Source: Klebsormidium nitens (taxonomy: Eukaryota; Plantae; Klebsormidiophyceae). Taken from it: DNA of 64,000 nt. The notes beneath the pieces were generated by a model, which saw only the letters and a list, made by a program, of their open reading frames with translations, was not told the DNA's origin and did not search any database. A program made the translations under genes and the position numbers. This document shows, piece by piece, positions 24,219 through 37,991 of the stretch (within the stretch, counting starts at the first letter, position 1; every line of letters starts with the position of its first letter). The stretch covers positions 2,628-66,627 of the forward strand of contig DF237437.1 in assembly GCA_000708835.1 (NCBI GenBank), read 5' to 3'.

Positions 24219-25960
24219 ATGGATCTTTCAGAGCAGGCGATTGCGGCCATGCTGGCAGACGAGGCCTCCCAGCTGAGACAGGCCGCTGGCTTCCAGGGTT
24301 ACTCGGCGTTTCTGCAGAAACCCGTGCTGCGTGCGCGGCCTAACAAGCAGTTCCTAGCTGCGACTGTGCGGAGCGTAGAGAGTGGTAAGGTCATCTTTGA
24401 CCTTCTACAGCTTTGGTTTCTTGTTGTGGCTTGTGTATTTTCCTCACTGCTTCAAGAATTGCTGCAATCTTGCACCTCTGAAAGGATTGCGAGTTTGGTC
24501 ACATCTCGCAACAAGCTGATTGCATTACATAGATATCAGCATGTGAGCAGTTGGTTCTTTCTCAACCCCTGCCAATCACTTCACTGACACCGCCCAGTCA
24601 TGTACCAACGACCAAATGTTTACTGCAAGTCATAACGTCAGGCTCCTGGGAAATCTGAGGTCTGCTTGATTGCCCCGTAGCCCTTCGTTCCAAACATTTT
24701 TCACTCCCCCTATCTCCTTTGCAGCAAACCGCATGGCCCAGGTCTCTGAGATGTGGCATCAGCGTCAGAAGGAGCTCAGTGAGGAAGAGGGGTCTGGCAG
24801 AAAAGCCAGAGGAAGCGGTGCTGCTGGACGCCGAAAAGATTCGGGAACCAGTGGCAAGGATTCAAGTCGAAGAGGGGCCACGATCAAGCTGAAATCCCCT
24901 CTGAATACAGAAGCAGAGCGTGCTGTAAGAGAAGATGGTAGACAAGAAAATCATGCCAAGGGCCGCCACAAAGGTTTTCCCCAGGAAAGGGGAAACGGCA
25001 GCGAGGATGAGACTCCCTCGGAGGATGACAGTGATGTGAGCGGCTTCAGTGGAGAGCGGCCGGCAGCGCGCGTCCATAGAAGAAGGCGACAATCGATTGA
25101 AAGGAGTCAGCACGCGTTGGAAAATGAGGGGGAGCAGATAGGCCCAAGTGCCGCTGGGGAGGGCGACGATGCGCAAGAAGTGGAGCTGGATGAGTTCCTT
25201 CACAGCAGGTGAGAGATGATGGGGAAGCTGGAAAGGGCAGGTAATGCTTGACAATCATGCCGAGAGAGCGGGGGCATATTGTGTCTTACGCGGCATGTTT
25301 TTTCCTGATGTCTTGTCTTCGTTGTCAATAAAGTTGTCCGTCTGGTGTCAGAACTGCAGGCCTGAATTGCAACATTGAGTGTGAGTCTTGTTGGGGGAAT
25401 CCGGGCACGTGTCCTCCGAAAGCCAATCCGAGCCAATCTGTTGATCCCTCTTCGTTTGTCATCCACCTGTCACAAGGCAAGGGTTATGTTGTACAATGGT
25501 GATCAATGGGAGACTGACTCAGGAATTGTGTATTTTGGTCGAGTCTGTTCCTATGTTCATAAAACTTCGTGTGATACAAACATACTCCACCATCACGAGA
25601 GTGTTCTTTGCTTTCAGGAAGAAACGAGGACGGGGAGCCGTTGGTTCGAGGATGGATGAGCCAGGACCGTTTGCAGCTGCGATGGGCGGCGATGAGATAG
25701 ATGACAGGGGCACATCCGCAAGAGTCCCAATTGTGTTGGGACCCCAGCTTCCGGCAGAACTCGAGGAGAAACGGAAGAGAGAAAAGCGTTCAAGAACGGA
25801 GGCATTCTTGGTTGATCACAGTTCACCTAGTAAATCGGGGAAGAAGCATAGAACTGACGAAGGAAAAAGAGCAAGAAAAGAAGAGAGGCGAAAGCGAAGG
25901 CTAGAGAAGGAGAGACTACGGGAAGCTAAGCGTCGAAAGAAGTCGTCAAAACATGAGTGA
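24219..25960 (+). CDS. Conserved plant-type hypothetical K/R/E-rich (probably nuclear) protein, ~330 aa, 3 exons
   Basis: Exons 24219-24384, 24725-25208 and 25618-25960 join in frame. Conserved-looking blocks AMLADEASQLRQAA..QGYSAFLQKP.LRARPNKQFLAATV and KRGRGAVGSRMDEPGP, and a basic KRRKK C-terminus. Confidence 0.8.
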
Positions 25961-26774
25961 CGCAATTTGGGGGGATAATTGATCTCCCACTGCGCAGCTC
26001 TTTGTTCTTGCCCAAGCCGCCATTTGTGTGAGCATCTAGGGCTTCTGAAAGCAGGCGAGCAAAAGAACATGTCCGGGGTGAGCCCAAAAAGCTTGGATGC
26101 CTCCGTTCTTGTTTGCTTCTACAGCGTACGACTTTTTTGCCTTGATGAAAATTCGGAGTCTACAACTTCGTGGTGAACACCGTGTGTGAATATGTTAAGT
26201 TCAATTCACCGTACGCTCATCAGTAAGCTCCTCTTATAACTGATCGGAAGCATATGCGGCGGCACTTTGTGCAGGCCTAGCGGCGCATGTATGTACCTCA
26301 TGTCAACATGTAGGATAAGCAACCTCTTATATAGCTTGAATTGTCGGGATTGCCAGTGCGCACGGCGGCCAGGACCCGTCATACCGCGTCCTCAGGCATA
26401 TGTGCGTTGCATTCCAAGAAGCATCAGCTATTCAATGGTTGGCTGCAACGATTCTAATTTTGATTGCATTGAGGTCAATCGAGATGACATGGCCGCATGG
26501 CTTCATGTCAAGGATCTGCGGGCGGAATGCGGCGCCGCCACATGGTTCCATTGAAAGTTCGGATTACATACACGGGTTGCTCATGCTCGATCATGTAGTC
26601 GACTGCACAGTAACTACTATAGGCCAGTGCATTTTCATTTGCATCGACCAAATGGTACAAACCTGGCAATTCTTGTACGCACTTGTATCATTTAAGAATG
26701 TAAGGAAAGGCGCAGATAATAGCTTTGAATCATACACACGTCTGAAGTGTCTTGGACGGTCCAACCTGCCATGT

Positions 26775-29700
26775 CTACCTAAGAGTGACAGTACCCCCTG
26801 TTGGAGTGGTGTCAAGTTCCTTCTTCCTGATAATACCGATATGCGAATCATAGTCGTCGCTTTGCAACTCGTCCTTCGCCCTCGCCTCTTTATCCGCCTC
26901 AATCTGCTCGAAGCTCTTTGCGTTCTCCTCTGCGTGCACCTGCGCCGACTCGAAGTAGCTCTCGGCAGACTTGGTGATGAAGGCCGTCTCCTCGGCCGTC
27001 AGCTTCCTCAGGAACTTGGCGGGGTTACCAGCCCAGATCTGCAGGCGAAAGAGGAGAAATTAGAGCAAGAACGAAAACCTATGCTCTCAGAAGTAAGAAG
27101 CTACGTAAAGTGCTGGCAGTCTCGTGCTGGGCCTCCCACCTATGCCGAGACGCGAGAGTCGCTTGCTGAAATTGAAAGACAAGATTCTGTTCCTCTGTTG
27201 CCCATTTTAAAGGAGCGGAAGCAATAGAGACATTGTAAAGAAGGCTGACCGTATAGTAGAATTGGATGGGCGAACCCTCCGGATACCATACCCAGCCAGT
27301 CTGACCAAAACAAGACCCTTCTCAGCTGACCAGCCTCCACCATCGAACGACAGCCAGTCGAAATGCTGCTGATTTCAATGCCCGAAATATACATACTCAG
27401 GAGCATGCACTCTGTGCCACGGAAGCTTCTTCCAAGCCGTTGCTCAGCCGCTCACCTCGCCAGCGGGGACGGTGGTCTTCTGGGTGACGAGCGAGCCCGC
27501 GGCGACCATGGCGCCCTTTTGGACTGTGACTCCGTCCAGCAGCGTGCTGCCCATGCCCACAAACGACTCGTCCTCGACCGTGCACGCGTGCAGGATGGCG
27601 TTGTGGCCTGCAACAGAGGGAAAGGATGTGAGAAGCAAAGAAGAGTTCATGTCCTTTTTTAAAGATTGGCGCCGTGCCCTGTAACGGAGGGAAAGGACGT
27701 GATAAAGGAAAAGGAGAGTCTTTTTTCCGAAAGAATGGCGTTGTGGCCTGCAGCAAAAAGGAAGGAGCTAGAGAAGGACGAAGAATGGTCTTCTTTCCAT
27801 CAGATTGGCGTTGTGGCCTGCGGCAGAGCAAAAAGGTGAGGATCAAAGGCGCTAGATCCTGTTTTCATCACGTTGGCCAGCTCGGGGAGAGCTAACGACT
27901 GTGAAGCAATCTGTTGCTCGTCTTGTTCAGATCAGAAAGGCGTTTCTGGCCTGCAACAGAGTGACAGGGTGTGAGTGGACAAGAGAAGACTCCTGCTTCC
28001 GTCCAATTGGCGTTGTGGCCTGCAGCAGAGCGAAAGGATGTGAGAAGCAAAGAGGAATAGTCTCAATCTCGTCAGATTGGCGTCATGGCCTGCACCGAAG
28101 CGGGAATAGGTGGGAGGATACAGAATGATCCCGTGTTTTGGCGGGCAGCAGAGCGGATCGACCGACGAGACCGCATGCAAATCTTGTTGAAACCAGGATG
28201 ACGTTGTTGCCTGCAGCAGAGCGAAGGAGAGTGAGGAGAAACAATGTTTCAACTCGTTGTTTTCCAGGTGATTGAGCTAGAAGAGAGTAGGCGGGTGTGC
28301 AGAAGAAAAAAGTTTTCTTTCTCAGAATGGTGTCATGGCCTGCTAGAGATAGGGAGAAGAGATTGTGCCACCTTTTCAAATTGGTCGCATCAAGTTTGAA
28401 ACAGAGCGAACGGGAAATGATGTATACTGGGAGTCTTGAAAGATATAGGGGTGAATCGATAGGGGAAACTCGTCCAACAGCTGGCGATGCGATTTCGGGC
28501 CAAGAGCCCGGCAGAGGCAGTGAACGGGCCGAGAAAGGCATGCGTATGGAGTCGCTTGTGCCTGGTGAGAAATTGTTCGTATACAACAGACGTGCATACA
28601 ACGAGCTGAATTTAGCTCTAGGCTTCAATTAACCAACAATTGCACGAGGGAAAGCTGTCTGACTGGGAGCAGAGCAGAAGAAGAAGTTGCACCTGGAACA
28701 GATCGCTCCTATTTGTACTCTAGTGACTGAAGAAAATTGGAGCTCTCAGGTGACCCCCCTCGCAGCCCGATCAGAGTGATTGCAATGAACAGCGATCTTC
28801 TGAAACTGACGGCCCCTGCAAGATAGGATCTTGCGCCGATAATATGAGTACACTGGTTCAACCGCCATCAAGGTTTGAAGGCAAGGCTCCGGTCTGCTCC
28901 GACAGACTCCCTAAAGCAGTGGGGCAAGAATAGTGGGGAAAAGGAAGAGGACTCACCGATGGTGACTTTGCTGCCGATGGTGGTCGGGAGCACGTTGCCG
29001 CTGATGTTAGTCTTGGCGACGTGCACAATGCTGCCGTCCTGGATGTTGGTCATGGCCCCCACCTTGATGCTGTTCACGTCGCCTGGAGAAAAAAAGGAGG
29101 AGTTCAGCAGCAGAAACATGTCAGTTGGACAGATTGACGAAAGTCAGAAAGAGAGCAGATTCTACTCAAGGAACAAAAACAGTAGACACTCTACTCAAGG
29201 GAACAAAAACAGTAGAGGCGGGGGGGGGAACTGCAGCTACCCTGAGGAGGACAGCAGACGTTCTTATTGTTGTCACTAACAAGCAGGGAAGAAGAGATGA
29301 AAATTAACAGGAAGCAACCGCTCTCTGTCCGAGCGTGCGCCTGGTTCAAGCGCAAATGAATGGGTGAGGATTGCAACAAATTAGCCTGCAGAGTCCTTTT
29401 GTATATACAGGAGAAAGAGCACAATCCCCATACTCACCTCGCAAGATTGCACCATACCAGATTGAGGACTTGGGCCCAACCTCAACATCCCCAATCACAG
29501 AAGCACTTGGGGCAACAAAGGTGGTGGAGGGAACATGAGGCTTCTTGCCCATCAGGTTCATGAGCGTCCGGTGCCGGGAGACTGCCGAGAGAAACGCAAT
29601 TGTTCAGCGCCACAAAGGCCAGCGAAGCCGCAGATTGGGAGTGTCATTCTCTAGCTCAACGACTGAGAATCATTGCAGCCAGGACAGTCGCCTAAGCACA

Positions 29701-30745
29701 AGCAAAACCTCAACAATGCTAGCAAGCACAGGTGCAGAAGAAGTTATCAATTAGAAACTTCCTGAGTTTGTAGGCTTTTCCAGGAGCCCTGCCACCGGCC
29801 TTGACATACATTGACCGGACTCAATTTCCATGATGTTGCATCCAAACATCAACAGCATCATTTGCACCATTACCAAGATCAAATAAGCGGTGAATATGAG
29901 GGAGACATAGAAGATGTTACAAGGGCGCACTTGTCCAAGGAACAAGGCAAGATCGATTGAATCAGTGGCAGATTATAGATGTCCTGCGCAAATGCTAAAT
30001 CCTTCCAAGCCAAATTAATAATGCACAGTGTAAATGCTGATCGTCCAGGCAATTTTGATCTTTGGCTTTACATAACCTATTGCTTCTGACTTATGAGCAG
30101 CAAAATCAACTAGAAAAGAATACCACAGAAATACTTTTGCTGAAGCAAAGAGGCCTGTACATTTTGCCGGCAGCTCGGTCAACACATATTCTGGTGAATC
30201 GAATGCAGCAAATGGCAGCGCCAATTGCAACTTCCTACAAGAATGATCTTCAAGTGGTCGAAGAAACGGCTTTGGCAGCATGCAAAAGCTGATACCAGGT
30301 GTTGAAACTCTGTGCTTGGTCTTTCTCCAGAGCTTAACAAAAATTACATTCAAGTGAAATGCTTATCACAGAAGACGGTGCATTCTTCAGAGCTTTGATA
30401 CTCAGCAACCTAACTGCCTTTACATCGAGAGATCGGAGAGTGATGAAAGCTTTCAAAAGGGTATCAAAGCAGATTGCACACAAACATCTGTATTCCTGAT
30501 GGCACGGCACGCAACAAAGCCCGCATATTGTTCATAAACTCAGACGTGCTTCAATGTTCCAGACATTTCGGAGCACATGAAAAAGACCAAAGGAGAGTTC
30601 TTGCAGATCCGCAGATTGCAAGGTACTCACGCTGCTCCTTGTATGCATTGGTGCCTTGCAAAGCACAACCCAGCCGATCAATGGCCTGGCCTGTCTCCCT
30701 GATCCAGAACCCAATGCTATACAGTGCTCTCCCAAGCGAGCCCAT
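26775..30745 (-). CDS. GAMMACA: Mitochondrial gamma carbonic anhydrase (complex I CA subunit), ~266 aa, 5 exons
   Basis: Exons 30631-30745, 29438-29581, 28957-29082, 27456-27607 and 26775-27038. MGSLGRALYSIGFWIRETGQAIDRLG, hexapeptide repeats FVAPSASVIGDV / IWYGAILRGD / NIQDGS, His ligands (VHV, GHNA, LHAC) and IWAGNPAKFLRKL. Confidence 0.95.
27596..28390 (-). repeat. Degenerate ~70-bp tandem array (about 12 units) of the gamma-CA intron 3 acceptor plus exon 4 start
   Basis: The + strand core TGGCGTTGTGGCCTGCAGCAGAG, followed by a purine-rich tract, recurs near 27596 (true junction), 27666, 27736, 27806, 27938, 28008, 28078, 28198 and 28327. More decayed units lie near 27868, 28138 and 28262. 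Confidence 0.9.
29160..29216. repeat. Two-copy ~29-bp tandem repeat in gamma-CA intron 2
   Basis: TCTACTCAAGGAACAAAAACAGTAGA followed by TCTACTCAAGGGAACAAAAACAGTAGA. Confidence 0.85.
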
Positions 30746-31756
30746 GGTCAATCAGGTGGCAACCGCCAATCAACTGGCTTCTGGCCTTGGACTAGATAAA
30801 CCTCTGCTGATTGAGCGGACGCCTTCCTCTGTTGAACAATGTTCTACACTACCTAAAAAATGGTCGGTGGCACGCCCAAAGTTTCGTCCTGGTCAAGAGG
30901 GCAGTGATCCGGCCGCCTCCACATGCAGATGAGATATGAATCCAGTAGCCTCACTTCCAATCCAGATGGGAGAAAAACTTCGGGATCAAGCCTTCTGAGA
31001 AGGACGAAGGCCCCTGCAAGCTGACCAGGGGCCTGGGGCCACGGCTCCAGCTACCTATACTCGAGTATGCAGCACTGCCAACTTGAACTGGGCTTGCGGC
31101 AGCCGGTCTGCAGAAGCATCCTACGCCGGTGGATACCAATCGAGCTGATCGGACGATTAGCGTCAATCAGGCTTGCTGCGTGACTGCTTGTCCGTCGGTA
31201 AATCTTGGATATATATGGACGGTCTCCAGCTCAGTCTTGGTCACCGGCTTTAGTGCAACAACGATCCGATCGCGATGTCATTGCCAATGCATTTTTTCAA
31301 CCTACCAGGCCTACCTAAATGCAGTATACGATATCGAGTGCGCAAGTCCCACATGGAAACCAATCCTTAGAAGCTCTAACACACACAAGACCGCTTTGGC
31401 GGCAGCGCCAGCAAATGACCGCAAAGCCGAGTAGGTCGAGTTCTGCCGGAGGAGGCTTCACCACCGAGTATATCGGGGGTATATCCCTGCCTTAATTCCG
31501 GTACTCATTCGACTTTGTAATGATGCATGATACGTTGAGTCGACCACTTGCTAAGTTGCTGATTCAAATGGTGGATCCTCATCAAGGCTTCAGTGTCTTT
31601 ATGCGTGGAACGGCCCTACTGAAACGAATGTCAGGCCGATTTGAGTGAGATTAAGTGTGCACACCTTCTGAGCTCGCGCATGGCTACCGCAAAGCATTTA
31701 ATCGTTACACAAGATATCCGCGGGCACTTAGCTTGCAAAAACTGAGGCTGGAATAC

Positions 31757-34700
31757 TCAATGTGTCCGCTTGACTCGGTCCACTGCCGCTTCCTCTTCTC
31801 TCTGCACCATTTCTACTTCCCCTGTCCTTGCCTTAGCCCCTTGCACCCCCTCTTTCGCTCTCTCCACCACCTCCGCGGGGGGCTTTGGCGGACCGGGCGC
31901 AGTCTGCGCAACCGTCTGGCCCAGCGTGCTGGAGCGAACCTTGCTCCCCTTGGTGGCTAACACGACCGACTGGCCGCTGTGCGTGATGTGCAGCACGGCC
32001 GGGGGCTTGCTTGGATCGCAGGGTTGCACCCACGGTTCGCCGTCCATTTGCAAGTACGCGCGCGGGGCGCGCTCCCCGTGCAGCTCTACCACCAACGCGT
32101 GCGCCTGCACCAGCAGAGAAGGCATTCTCGAATTTTCTGGGAAGCAATTTTAAGTGAATCTCGACATCAATTTTGGAAGGAGCAGACAAAGGATGCATAC
32201 ATTGAGAGGTCCTATGAAAAGGAATAAGGAGCGGGCAATCTTGGTAGTAAGCTTGACCTTCTAATCAAGTAAGCTTGTGGGGTTCTGCGGATTGGAACAT
32301 GCTCCGCTGTGCGCTGACCAGCAGTCGGCCGCATATGGCTCTCTCGTGTGATGTACAGCTGTCCTCGTAAGACTTCCCATCGGTTTCAAATGCTCGGAGT
32401 GTGGTCTCTGATTCTGGACCGTATGTGTGGTCTTTGATCGATAATGGAATAGCATCCGACGCCTCACATTCTGCGGACCACAAAGTCGCAAGTTGAGATC
32501 GTTGGGATGGCACTATTGACACAAAGAGCGGTGTAATGCTGCAACTAACCTGCACGAGTCGGCGCCCGTGCGCGGCCTTGGCCATGACGGCCGCGGTGTG
32601 CCAGCCGTCGGTGAAGGCCACGACCTCCAGCAGGCCGTCGTCCACCGTGGCAGGAACGAAGCCATGCTGCACAACCACCGGATCATGCCACGTCAGCACC
32701 AGGTCGTGGCATGACACATCTTATCGCAAAACGTAGCGGCCAGGGTGAGCCAGGATTAGGCGAGTGGTGCTTTGCGGACTCTCTGCTGCAGGCTCCTCCA
32801 GCCCGTGTGCAAATTATACAACCATACTCGATGCGAGTCGCTTCCTCGTATTCCAATTGCAGCTCAGAGTCGGTATGGTTTTCTATCATTCCCCACTTGA
32901 TCGAGTCCTAGCCAGGAAGGTCTGGATATCTGCAAATAACCGACTGTCAAGACGAGCAGTACCTAAGCTCCGCCCATCCTATGTTGGTGAATGATAGACG
33001 AGGCTACACGACTTTGAGTCAACCCAAAGGCTCCGCCAGGGGTAGGGCTGGGGCATACCTTGGCCTGTTCACTGCGGCTTGGGTGGCCCCAGGGGTCTCG
33101 ACCCCCAGCGTAGCTTTGTAGGTTCAGCACCACCACCGCACGAACGCTGCATCCAAGCAGCATTCTTACTCACGTCAGCTGCTAGCAAGGTGGGACTTGA
33201 TTAGCCGCTCGGCCCTCACGATCCCGGAATTTTCATGCCCAGATTGATTCGAGCTGACAACTGGACCTTTCTAAGTGACATTCGGATGCGATTTAAAGAG
33301 AAACGGGAGAACCGGGAGAACCCTACGCCTAGGCAGTTTCTTTGCAAGAAGCGATCTTGGCAGGGAGTAAAGCGGGGCTCCTGGCACGGAGATTGGAGCG
33401 TCCGATACATTCAGAGCGGTCGAGCGATTTAAAAAACACGTGATCGAGCCGGTGGATACTGACAAAACGACTGCCTCGCTGCAAATGAGTGTCGCGAGAT
33501 GGCAGTTCCGCAACTGAGAGGGCTATGCCTAGGATGAGAAGACGGGGCTCACTTGGAGTTGAGTTCCAGTGGGTGCCACACGCCGTCCTTGCTGGCATAC
33601 TGGATGCGCGCAACCGCGGATACATCGCTGTACCAAAACGGGCGCCCGTTGAGACACCCTGCGCGATGTTTTCAATCCGCCGCAATCTTCTGTAAATTAT
33701 AGCGGAAACGAGCGGATGTACTGACCATCACAACAGGCTCTTAGGGCACTTCGCACCGCAGCAATACCACCAAAACCGGGTCTCCATTTCGCAGCAAGCA
33801 TTCAATCTGCTGAGAGCGGCAGTGCGGGGCTTACTGTGGGGAACAGGAGCAGGGCAGACAGAACCAGCCCTGTGCGCAGCCGTAGTAGCCGTACAAGCCC
33901 TGAAACGCCCACGAAGCAGAGACACGGCCGTCAGATCACGGACCCTCGAGCCTAAGCCGCTGCCCAATCGTTGACACAACCTTAAGGCAACGACCAGAAA
34001 ATTAGGGGATGTCATGCCAATCCGAACCGCCCACGTGGCTGTCCAGTGAGGTGTGTCGCTCTGATTCCTACCTTTCAGTCGATAATAAAATACAGAATTA
34101 GCTGCCACGCTGGCGCTTCCTCGAACCGAAGCCTTTCCGATCGATGCGACCCTGGCACCATATTTTCTCGCACTGCCATGTGACATCCCACCAGCCAGCA
34201 ACAAGATGCACGTGTACCACGCTGTGCACAAGCGCATTTTGAAATGCGTCGACTGAGCGGCAGGGCAGGAGGGAAGATAAACCTACGGCGCACCTGATTG
34301 ACCTTGCGGCCGCGCGCGAGCCATGGCTTGCGCTCGCGCAGGTGGTGGAAGGCGTACGCAGTGTGGGCGTCCATGCCTGCGTGTGCAACGAACACGGGGG
34401 CTAATGCAAGCAGAAGTCTAGCCGAAGGGCGGATTCATCGACCTTCATCAGGAGAACTCTTCGTCAACTGACCGTTGAGTCAATTGGTTCTAAAACAATC
34501 TCCTCGACGCAAGAGGTGCCACCAGAATATGACTTTATCGACTACCCGTTTTAGTCACCAACTGTTGATTCAAGCACTATCATGCCAACACTCCGAAGCC
34601 TCTGGAGCGAAAGGCCGCCCGGTTCTGAAAGGGGGTGGTTTGTGGACAGCGCTCCAGCTAAACACTGTGCTCAGGCACCCGCAAAGGCCTCACGAAGGGA

Positions 34701-36923
34701 AGGGCGAGCGGCTCGGCACAACTGACCTAGGCGAAAGCGATGTGGAGACGAACCGGACATCACGCCATACTTCGACAATGCACACAAGCAATGGCTCCTC
34801 GTAACAAAGGGCCAGCGCCTCGGCATGGCTGACCTAAGCTGAAGTAGTTCCAAAAGCCGCCACGGAAGCCCTCCACATCGGTCTGGCCCTGGTGGTGGGA
34901 AAGGGGGTGAGAGGTTGGCTGCAGCTGATGGGGGTGCAGCGCATGGGGGAGAGACAGCGGGGCCGCATCTGCGGGGAACAGCTCCACGCGCCAGCTGCAA
35001 CGTGCAGCGGAGCAGCGCGTCAGAGGTCGGCGAACGAGACTGAGGCTTGCATTGCTTTCAACCGTAAAAGAGGATCACGAGCAACTAATGGAAGAGCAAG
35101 ATTAGGAAGCCTCAAACGGAGGGGCAACGAGCAAAAGACTCAGGCAGTAAGCGCTGGCGAAAGGCAAGGTCGCTCAAAGATAAGGTGCTTGAGTGTGAGT
35201 GAGAGAACGCACTCACTTGTCCATGAGAGAGGGGGTCGCCTGTGCAACGCGCTGCAGGTAATTGGCCAGGCCAGGCGGGCGCGGTAGAGAGAACGACCCG
35301 CCCTATATACAAGGCAACGGAGGCGATTGAGTGAAAGCGGGTATATCGAGTTCAATTGGCTAGGAAACATACAAGCATGCTTAAAGATTGCAAACACGCT
35401 TGGAGTCCACAGGGGTGGCATCGCCAAGATTCCCTGTGCCACCAATTTGGAGAAGCTTTCTGACCGCAGAAAAGTGCTTCCTCCCTAAGCAGGATTCCCG
35501 GCTCCTGAAGCGGCCAGAGAGCATGATCGAATTCACTTGGTCTTCGAATGAGGCATGGCGTGCGAGACTCACCCAGCCAAAGGTACGAGACAGGTCGTTT
35601 CCTGTGCCCAGCGGGACGACCGCAACGGGCGGGGGCCGTTCCAGGCGCAGCGCCTCCAGGCTGGCCAGCAGCCACCCCACAGTGCCGTCTCCACCACACA
35701 CCTGCACCCCACACCGACTCCCTCACGATCACTTATGGAGATCACGATTATGGACTCAACCGTAGTTGCAGGAGATGTTACAATGGTCATCTCTGCCGGA
35801 TGGACGCACTTTTGCAGCCAGCTTCTCGCCAGCGTACAAAAACAGAGTCAGAATGAGGCGAAAGTGGAACCGCGAATCTGATAGAGGAGGGGGCAGTATT
35901 GATGCGAGGGCGGGCCTCACCAGGATACGCATGGCGGTGCGGGTGGCGGCTGCAGCAGCGTTCCCAGCATTCACCTGCGCATCGAGGCGCTGCAGGAGGG
36001 TGGCCAGGATGGGGCCCGGCGGGTTCACTGAGAGGTCGAATACCTGCATCCGGGGGTAAAGCGAGCAGCTTAGCAGGGAGGAGGATAGACGGGGACGAGT
36101 GTATCAAGAGCACCACGGGAGAGTCCACTTCACGAATAGAGTTCCACGTGAGATTCAATATCAAAGGCCCTTCGAAACGTAACTCTGGTATCTGCCCTCA
36201 AGTCTTCGATCCCGTCTATCTTGAACCCCAGTTCCAAGACCGTCTTCATGGAAGTGCCTGTCCATAAAATCAATGCTGATTCGGGCTCACCTGACTCTTG
36301 CCGAGCAGCTTCTGGAACCCTGCCAGCAGCGAGGGCCCCACCCGGCCCCCGCTCTTGGAGTTGATGAACACCAGCAGCGGGTGCACTGCTGAACCACTGT
36401 CGCTTGCGGCTGCCTCTGTGCCGTTGGTCGCCTCAGTGGTTACTGTGGCTTCCATGGCCGCAATCGCTGCGTCTGCATGGGCGCCCAGGCTCTGCTTGGA
36501 GAGAGACAGCGCAGGGGATGCTCTAGGACCAGCAGTGCCAACATCCCGCTCAGTGGGGTTCGCATTGTCAGCAGGAAGCTCAGGGAGGGGTGCAGTATCG
36601 GTGGTCGAGCCAGGGGGCGGGAAAGTATCAGCGGTTTGGCCAGGGGGGGGTAAGTTGTCAGCCATAGAGCCAGAGGGGGCTGCAGTATCAGCGGTCACGT
36701 GAGCAGGGTTTATAGGGTTAATAGTTGAACCGGGAGGGGGTGTAGGATCAGCAATCGGGCCAGCAAGATGTGCAGTGTCGCCAGCAGAGGAGGGGGCAAG
36801 GGCGCCTTCGGGAATTGGTTCAACCGTGGTGGCAGGCAGAGAGCTCATCTCGACGCCATTGGGCCTTTCTTTGGGGCGCACATCTGTTGCATCAGCCTCT
36901 GGGGGCGTGCTTGACGTGTCCAT
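31757..36923 (-). CDS. DGK: Diacylglycerol kinase (plant type without C1 domains), ~635 aa, 11 exons
   Basis: Exons 36291-36923, 35921-36043, 35573-35701, 35217-35302, 34834-34994, 34294-34376, 33835-33899, 33553-33627, 33059-33146, 32550-32666 and 31757-32104. Motifs [56 protein letters not shown] and LQMDGEPW. The boundaries of exons 7-8 are less certain. Confidence 0.92.
36541..36780 (-). repeat. 30-nt (10-aa) coding repeats in the DGK N-terminus
   Basis: [10 protein letters not shown] / [10 protein letters not shown] / [10 protein letters not shown] / [10 protein letters not shown] / [10 protein letters not shown], plus looser upstream units. Confidence 0.7.
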
Positions 36924-37991
36924 CGTAGATTCTGTGGGGGAGTGCGTGGCTGCCGAATGAACCAGATCCACTCTGAGCGAGGCCCACAGAGTTCTGGTCA
37001 GGTTCAATGAAGGCGAGGGAGGCTTCTACAGTGACCTTTTTCAAAAACCTGGCGCATCACCCTGCAGAAATAGGAAACATGCAATCGAAGCGGTTCTGAT
37101 TTGATACTGACTTTTGTGGAACCTTGAAGTCATGATAAAATTGTCAAGATGAGTCCTCAATACGGTGTCCTTAGCTTCCGATGCTACTTACCAGGACCAT
37201 CAGTGATCCCCAGGCTTCGTGTTAAGACTTTCACCGGGTCCTTGATGTCTGAGCTGCAACAGTGGTATCACAAAATGGGCAAAATGGCGGCCCCACCGAC
37301 TCTTGCATGCATTACATCTGCTCGTCTGTTCTACTTCGCGGAGCATTTTTTCCTTTTCGCTGTCCCTGCTTTGCGCCTTAGGCTTAGCGCAATGATGATC
37401 AATCCTATCGGCACTTCTGCGAGCGGACAGCTTCGGTTAAAAGAGCGAGATGACGCCATTTGTATTAAAGCAGTGGCAGTGGCCCCAGAACTTGATTGAA
37501 GTATTCCCGCTCTCTGCCTAAAATGTGAGATTCAAGGGCCTCCATGCCAGTGCACGACCTGCTAGATACAAAGTGAAGGAATGTCCAGAAAGGCATCTGC
37601 GCATTCAGCTTTGCAAATGCAGCGGCCAAGGCAGAGGTGCTTGGCTGTTTCCAGAATTCTAGATCACACTCACCCTGCTCCTCATAGCATTACGGACCAG
37701 CTTGATCGCAGTTCAATTGTTGATTTGCTCCGCTGGTCCTGCTGATGCACAGTGCAATGCTGCACACCGCCCTTGAGGATAGCTCGCTCATGGTCGATCA
37801 TTTTTAGCTCACGAGACCGCAGCTGAGCTGGCCAGCTACAGCCAAAATCAGAAATCAGAAGCCCCGAGGCTGAAGGGTCGAATCTCATCAGGACAGTACG
37901 TCAGAAGCAGTGGTGCCAAACAGTGCAGCAAACAAGGGAAGCAGAAAGGAAGCTAGGCCTTGACACCACGTGTTGGCCTACAGGCTACAGG

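Noticed and set aside
26400-27227. 275-aa plus-strand ORF
   Set aside because: It overlaps the antisense of gamma-CA exon 5 and its 3' UTR, and has no recognisable motif.
27596-28390. CRISPR array interpretation of the 70-bp periodic repeat
   Set aside because: The whole unit is degenerate and there are no unique spacers or cas genes. It lies in a eukaryotic intron, and the conserved core is the gene's own splice junction.
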